The notes beneath the pieces were generated by a model that did no database searches, was not told the origin of the DNA, and saw only the letters and a program-made list of their open reading frames with translations. Below, piece by piece: positions 56,862 through 64,000 of a stretch of 64,000 nt of DNA. The stretch is from the human T2T-CHM13v2.0 reference genome, Homo sapiens. The stretch lies in NCBI RefSeq assembly GCF_009914755.1, contig NC_060925.1, one strand, 5' to 3'. Position numbers and translations under genes: made by a program. Position 1 is the first letter of the stretch. Each line of letters begins with the position of its first letter.

Positions 56862-58584
56862 AACTGGCCTGTCTTACCATGTGTCAAATTGCATTCCCCT
56901 AACCATAGGAATACTATGCAGTAAAAGTTTGATGCAACTTGTCTGCATCTAATTGCTCTGGGAAAGCTTTAAAAATAGAGAACTCCAGGGATTCCGTGCC
57001 ACGATGACATCTTTGTCACTGTTGGCTTCCAGACTACAAGCCCTTCCAGTGGGAAAACTCGCAGCACAGACAAACCTTGCTTTACACCATAATACATTTC
57101 TGAAGAGTCACAGATAATCTGCTCATTTATATTCTGCCTTATTCCAGAAAAAAAAAAGTCACAGCATACACCAAGGCAGCAAACTAGAGATAAAGGAACA
57201 TTAAAAAAACAAAAACAAAACAAAACAAACAAGCAAACAAACAAAAAACATAAAATAGAACCAGGAGAGAGACAAAGGCAACGTGGACACCATCAAAATC
57301 CTACATGCTTGCTATGAACTTTAAACTTTCCAGCAGGTAGTAGGAAAAGAGAAATTCAGTTGAACAAAGAGTTGTGTATACACTGAACTTTGGAAAATTG
57401 AATCATATTTCAAATATATTAGTGGAATTGTTTTCAGTAGACATCTGGTTTTGTTTTTTGGTTTTTATTTGTTTGTTTTTGTCTGCTCAACAGCCCTTCA
57501 CTGGGGGAACTGGCCCTTCCCGACTTGGTGTGATTAGGGTGGAGCTGTCAACCACAGAATCCGACCCTGGTGACAAGGTGGTCTTTGGACCCAAGCTCAC
57601 TAACCAGACTCTCTCCTAAAAATTTGTGTCTTGAATGGAGACAACTGGGTTCTATGCATGGCTGAAACAGAAGCTCCCATGAAGGTATCTTCAAAGAGAA
57701 TGTCCTGCTGCCCAGAGCCAGCCTGCTTCTTGCCTTCCCATGGCCTGATTTTCCAGGTTTTCTTTTGAGTCTGTGAACTTCCAAGTATCCTCCTAATAAA
57801 TTCCTCTTTGCCTAAGCTAGAAAAACTCTATTTCTATTGCTTAAAACCAAGGATTCCTAAAGTCCATAAGGAATATTAGAATGCTCTCAAAAAGCAAATA
57901 TTCCTTCTGTGTTGTCTTCTTGGAAAGTCATAGTCCAAGACATTTTCTTGGTGCCCATTTGTGATTTCATGATGGTTGGGGACAGACTGAGAAAGTCAAG
58001 CATTGATGGAGGAGGTAGGGAAGACGACCTGGCTGTTGAGGGTACATGGGCAGCCACATGAAGCTCCCTGGTCAGGAGGGCTGAAGTCACCCACCAAACC
58101 CCCCCAGGATCAAGGCCTCAGACACTGAATATTGCTTGTCTGTGCTCAACAAAAACCCCAAGTTGTCATATTTCCTGTTAATTGTATAACTGGTTGAGAA
58201 ACTAGGCATAATTCTGTGTCTCTTCCTTTCAAGTGGGGAAACAGCCCATTATCCTCACTGAGACCTTGGCGACGTAAGATGAACAGGACACGTCTTGGGC
58301 TCACAGATGACCGCAGGGTGGAGATTGTTGGCCCTTGCAGCGATTCTCTCTTAAGAGTGGCCTGCACTTCTCAAGCTTCAACTTCCTGAGTTCCAGCAAC
58401 CAGATCCACCTGGTCTGTGGGCATTGCACTGTGAGTCTGTGGGCAGGATAGCCTTGAGAAAAGCACTGTTTGAGAATGGCTCCCCAAATACAGATTGCAG
58501 GAAGGCCTGTGACTTTGGTCACGTTCCTGTTTGGGAAGGCACTGATGTGACCTTGAATTTTGTATGGCCAAGATTAATTCCTTG

Positions 58585-58935
58585 TTCATTCATTTATTCA
58601 TTTAGCACATCCCTAATGAGCAGGTATTGTGAGTCAGGCTCTGTGCTAAGTGCTGCGGAGAATCCTGGGTGAATAAGGAACAGCCTCTGCTTTTCCAGAG
58701 AGAGAAACTTCACTGAACTGATCAGATTTGTTCTAATACATGCAAAATACAAATACATGCAAAAAAAGACACATGTAGTCAGTGCCATGCATGGTAGTAA
58801 GGGCTACTGTTGCTCCAGTTAAGGAATCGGACAAGACTTTACTTGAGCTGGATCTTGAGGACAGTCTAAGGTGTCAAGAAGGGCAGGGTGGCTGGGAAGG
58901 CATCCTTGGAGGAGGGAACTGCCAAAGCATTATGG
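58585..58935 (-). mobile_element. L2 3' fragment
   Basis: TTCATTCATTTATTCATTT...CAGGCTCTGTGCTAAGTGCTG... Confidence 0.7.
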
Positions 58936-60430
58936 GGTATAAGAGTGGGAGTTTTCAGCCAAGGCCCCAGGAGATGCCAGATCTCACATTCCAAAGGATG
59001 GGCCAGACCGCAGGCAACATTCACCAAAGAGGTGTCCGGAAACTGGTTAGAGACTTTTAAACTCTTCAACCACATTAAGAGTGTAAAAGAATTGAGAATT
59101 GGAAACTTTGAAAGAGGATGTTAGAAGAGGATTCCTCTGGAGAGAGCTTTCTGGAGTCCCACCCCTTCCACCCTGGGGCGAGACGTGCCTGCCCTTTATC
59201 TTAGGGCTAAGGGAAGAGAGTTTTAAGTGAACTTCTTGGGGCACGTAGTCCATGTTCTTTGCAGTTTGGGGCTAACAGTGGACCAGTGATGCACTCCCAT
59301 TTGGGAGACCTAACGAGAGAAGGTGGGCTGGCTAGCTACTCTTCAGCAAAGACGACTTAGCTGAGGACCAACCTGCACTCCAGCTTTGTCAGGATACATC
59401 ATGTACGGGAATTTTCTGTGCACCAGATATGTCCATGAATGGGGTCATCTTAAGTCCTATCCAAGTGGACCATTTAGAGTGGCAGAGATACCAGTAGAAT
59501 CAGCCAGATGTACCCCTAGATTTCTAAGGGCTGGGGAAGGGGAGGACAACCAGCCGGAATGGAGAAGCTTTAGTCCATGTGAAGAGACAGTGACAAGGCA
59601 TCCCTAGCAAAAAGGGGGAGTTCTTCAAAGAACCCACAAAAGTGCTCAGGAGACTTTAAGCACCTCTCAGGAGTGCTAGACCCTATGACTTTACCCACAG
59701 AGTAACACCTTTCCTGCCCCCTTTGTCCTCCCCTCTTTCTCCTGCTCAACTCTGGAAGGGCAGGTACCAAAGTTAGCCATGGGGGAAGTGGATGACCCCT
59801 CACCAGTGGCCTCAGCAAGGACGAGGCTGGGAGCAGCAACCTGAAGTCAAGTTCAACATTCTGATGATTAAAATGGACTGGCTGTTTCAATTACCCAACA
59901 GAATCTGTGTTGTTCTTGTTTTAATTTAAAATGACCACAGGACTTTTTATTACCTGAGAGTTGCCAGAGAAATCAAGGGGTCTGTCCAAGTTTTCGTCCA
60001 GGAGAAGGAAAAGAACTAGACCCACCAAATAAATTCATGGGGATATTGACAGGAAAAAACCAAACCTGCTTGATGACTACTGCCCAGGAGGCACTCTTAT
60101 TTAACCTGACAGTGGTTACAGGGACAGGACCAAAGCAAGATTCATCTGTCAGCATGGGAACTGCAGATGTGTGGGGGTGGGAGGGGACCAAGGAGGCAGG
60201 CAGAACATGTATGGGGTGTTTGCAATGCATCATCCTAGGGTGGTGAGGTTGACAAAAGGCACTGAAAAGAGTAGGACAAATACGGAAAATATGGAGCACC
60301 AAGTTCACAGCATCACAATGAAGTCTTTTGTCAAAAATGTCTCTCCTAAATCTAATCAAGCTTTTAGATCTAACCTCCACTTTAAGGCAAAAGCTGGAAA
60401 GAGGATGTTTTAGGCCCTTCAGACTACTAT

Positions 60431-61204
60431 TGAAAAGGGAGAGTTCCCTGATTCCCCTGGCAGCAGGCGAGACAGGGGTGTGGTTCGCCTGCTCAGTCGC
60501 CCAGCAACCCCTAGGGACACGTGCAGAGGCCGGCGCATCTGCTTTTGGGCTTTGGCTCCACAGCAGCGTCTAGGGGCGGATGTCTGCGACTCCGGAAGCC
60601 CAGGTAGACGTGTGTCACAAGGCTCTTTCAGATTTGCTGACTGAGGACGGCTTGTGTGTTAATCAGCTCAATGGACCCTCTGCCTTCTGTATCCCCAGCT
60701 CTTGCCCAGTGTCCCGAAAGAATCGGATCACACGCAAGCTCGAAGTATGAGTGCAGGGTTTTATTGAGTGACAGAGGTGGCTCTCCGAGAGATGGATGGG
60801 GAACCAGAACGGGGGGATGCAGTGGGAAGGTGGTCTTCCCCTGGAGTCGGGCTGCCCAGTGGCTGGACTCTTCTCCGACCGTCCCCGGGCGAACTCCCGT
60901 CGGTATCCAGGCGTCCCTCCTGGTCTCTCTTTCTCTGCCGCATTGTTCCGCCGTTGCTGGTCTGCTAGTCCCAATGTTCCCTATTGGGGGAACTGCCAAG
61001 CTACTTGTGTGTTCCCGCTAAGGTCTTGGGTTTATATGGGGGCAGGATGCAGGGTGCGTGGGGGATCAAAAGGCAACTTTTTGGGCTCAAAAACAGAAAT
61101 GTCTGTCCTCAATTAGGGCTGTGTGTCTTCAGGCTTGAGGGTGGGGCCTTTGCTGGGGAACTGCCCTCTTCTACCCAGTATTTCCCTGTCTCCTGTCTGT
61201 ATCA
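60431..61204 (-). mobile_element. ERV1 solo LTR of the LTR27/MER52/LTR1 group
   Basis: The minus strand starts TGATACAGACAGGAGACAGGGAAATACTGGGTAGAAGAGGGCAG and ends ...CCCTTTTCA. Perfect 4-bp TSD CTAT (60427-30, 61205-08); TATA-like box and AATAAA on the minus strand. Confidence 0.88.
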
Positions 61205-61400
61205 CTATAACAAAAATACCCTAGACTGGGTAATTTATAAACAACAGAAACTTATAGCTTACAGTTCTGGAGGCTGGTAATTCCAGGATCAAGGCACCGG
61301 CAGGTTTAGTGTCCGGTGAGGGCACTTCTGCTTCCTAGATGACTCCTTGCTGCTGTGCCCTCACATGGCCAAAGGGGCAAGGGGCCTCCTTGGAGCTTCT

Positions 61401-61735
<335 letters not shown>

Positions 61736-61849
61736 TGAGGGCTCTGTCCTCATGGCCTAATCCTCCCAACAGCGTCACACTGGGGAGTAAGTTTTAAAAT
61801 AAGAATTTGGGGGTGGGGGGAACAAACATTCAGACCATGGCAGAGGAAT

Positions 61850-62900
61850 AAACTAAATGACACCTGAAGGAGGTAATCAGATAAATCCAGAAAGTGATGT
61901 GTCACCAAAAACCCAACACAGTTTCTTCAGCAAATCAAAGACATGAAAGAAAGATGTCGGGCAGGGAGAATCATGCTAGATGAAAAGAGGCTTAACTGGA
62001 GCTGACAATAATTCACTAATATGGGTTTCTTGAGCTTTGACAAATACTATGTTATGCAAGATGTTAATATTAGGGGGAACTACTTGAAGGGTGTGCAGGA
62101 ACTCTCTTTCCTACTTTGCAACTTTTCTGTAAATTTAAAATTATTCCAAAATGAAAAGTTGACAGGAGAGGAGGGGAGAGGAAAGGAGAGGAGGTAGAGG
62201 GAGATTTCAGATACAAAAACATAATTCAGTGTGTGGATACTGATTGATCCTGGTTCAAAGTCCCAGCTATACAAGACACTTTTGGGAACATTGGGGAAAT
62301 TAAATTTGGGTTGTATGTTATTGATTTTAAGGAATCATAATTAATCTTGTTAGGTTAAGTTTATATTAAAAATTTCCTTAAGAGATACTTACGAAAGTGT
62401 TTGGGTAAAATGTCATGCTGTCCTTAATTTAAAATATTTGCACAAAAAAGTTTGTAAAAGATGAAAGGCTGGGTGCAGGGGTTTATGCCTATAGTCTCAG
62501 CTACTGGGAAGACCAAGGCAGGAGGATCACTTGAGGCCAGAAGTTCAAGACCAGCCTGGGCAACATAGGGAGCCTCTATTGCTACAGAAAGTAAACAATA
62601 ACAAAGTTAGCTGGGTTTAGTGGCACGTGCCTATAGTCCTAGCTACTCGGGAGGCTGAGGCACGAGGATGGCTTGAGCCCAGGAGTTCAAGCCTACAATG
62701 AGCTATGATCACACCACTGTACTCCAGCCTGGGCAACAGAGTGAGACCCTGTCTTAAAAAGAAAGAAAGAAAGAAAGAAAAGATGAAGCAAATATAACAA
62801 AATATTGATGATTGTCATATCTTAGTGATGGGAATGTGGAGTTTGTTACACTTTCCTCTCTATTTTTTTGTATGATTGAAGGTTTTCATAATAAAAAGCT
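61850..62900 (+). mobile_element. Old L1M (L1ME/L1MC-type) 3' fragments interrupted by AluJ
   Basis: GTTATGCAAGATGTTAATATTAGGGGGAAC...TTTGCAACTTTTCTGTAAATTTAAAATTATTCCAAAAT motifs. Confidence 0.7.
62467..62780 (+). mobile_element. AluJ, sense, (GAAA)n tail
   Basis: GGAGGATCACTTGAGGCCAG..TTGAGCCCAGGAGTTCAAG; TSD AAAAGATGAA. Confidence 0.93.
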
Positions 62901-62929
62901 ATATAATTATGTGTCAATTAAAAAACAAA

Positions 62930-63110
62930 GAGTATTGAATGCCTGTTACTTGCCTTGTGTTTCATAACGTTGTTTCATTATGTCCCCAAACAGCCCTGTA
63001 AAAAAGATTCATTACTCGCTTTTTAAAGAGGAGGAAAATGAGGCTCAGAGAAGTCCGATGTCTTATCCAAGATCATAAGCCAGACTGGGCAGAGCTGGGA
63101 TTTGGCCATG
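62930..63110 (-). mobile_element. MIR SINE
   Basis: GAGGAAAATGAGGCTCAGAGAAG...GGCAGAGCTGGGATTTG. Confidence 0.75.
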
Positions 63111-63779
63111 AGAGCCCACTGTGTCCCACCATGCCTCTGTGGGAGGAAAGGACCTGAGGTCCGGGTAATTAAGTTGTTATGGAGACCCCGGGAGCAGGGA
63201 GTAAACAGAGGGCCCCTAAGCTTATATCCCAGGGGACCAGGAGATCGTCAGGGAATGCCAAAGGCGGAGCTGGTTTGGGAAATCAAGTTAAGGAATTTCA
63301 CTTTAGACCGTGATAACGGCCAGTGTTTTACACTCTTTTACTTGCCTTGCTTTACTTGAATCTTCATGAATCTACCCTTCTTGCAGACAGAATGTGGTCC
63401 TTTTTACAGACGGCAGACAGGCTCAGAGAGGTCTTATCCAAGGTTTCACAAATGCCAAGTTGGAGAGCTGGGACTAAGACCCAGCCCCTGGAGATGGTCT
63501 TCTCCATCAAACACCCATCTTCACGGTGGGGAAGGAAGCAGGCAGGAAGAAGGCCTGCGCACCATCACCCAGCTGTGCTCAACTGTGTTGGATGCCGAGC
63601 GACAGCAGAATGCACCTTGTTCCTGCCCAGGGTGCTGGGTTGGTTGCAGGTGCTTCCACCAGCCTCACTTGGGGTGCCCGTGGGGCCCCTTCAGGCCTCT
63701 AGCTCCCTACTGTCTGCTTGCCCACAGCCTTCAGGTCTGAGATTCGCTCAACCCCTCTGCCTTCCGTTTCTGCTCCATA

Positions 63780-64000
63780 TCCCCTGATCAGATGGCTTTC
63801 TCGGACCTGTTCTTGTAAACTTCAACCCCCTCCCTTCCCATCTTTCCCTGCTTTATTTTATTGTCACCTGTCACATTACACGTAATGTATTTCTTTTTCT
63901 CTCTCCCTGTCTAGAATATAAGCTTCAGGAGGGCAGGGACTTTGTGTTATTTACTCCCATCCCCAGTCAGGGCTCCATAAATATTTACTGAATGAATAAA
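63780..64000 (+). mobile_element. L2 3' end
   Basis: CTAGAATATAAGCTTCAGGAGGGCAGGGAC...ATAAATATTTACTGAATGAATAAA. Confidence 0.8.

Noticed and set aside
63323-63787. 154-aa and 124-aa ORFs near the window end as possible exons of the neighbouring gene
   Set aside because: They overlap MIR-like sequence and have no olfactomedin-like or other recognisable residues.

Overview
Human genomic DNA; species inferred from a human-specific AluYa5 and a translation matching the human ATF6 C-terminus as I recall it. The window holds the 3' part of ATF6 (ATF6-alpha, ER-stress bZIP transducer) on the + strand. About 40.7 kb of the long last intron (1-40729) precedes the terminal coding exon (40730-40938, residues E602-Q670, including Cys618 and the N643 sequon). 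A ~5.4 kb 3' UTR with several poly(A) signals and a young AluYa5 follows (to ~46350), then ~17.6 kb of more GC-rich downstream sequence with a ~780 bp minisatellite and a nested MaLR/ERV1-LTR/Alu cluster. From memory the next gene (OLFML2B, - strand) ends just beyond the window; none of its exons are visible. All other ORFs in the track look like repeat-derived or chance ORFs. I found no evidence of a new multi-gene system. The best leads are: (i) two splice-site-like cassettes at 1.4-2.0 kb that could truncate the ATF6 luminal domain, (ii) a strong splice donor 56 nt after the stop codon and just upstream of the proximal poly(A) signal, (iii) a chimeric Alu/MaLR/L1 insertion inside one target-site duplication, and (iv) two local ~165-170 bp templated duplications. 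Repeat subfamily names were assigned by eye from recalled consensus sequences and should be confirmed with RepeatMasker/Dfam.
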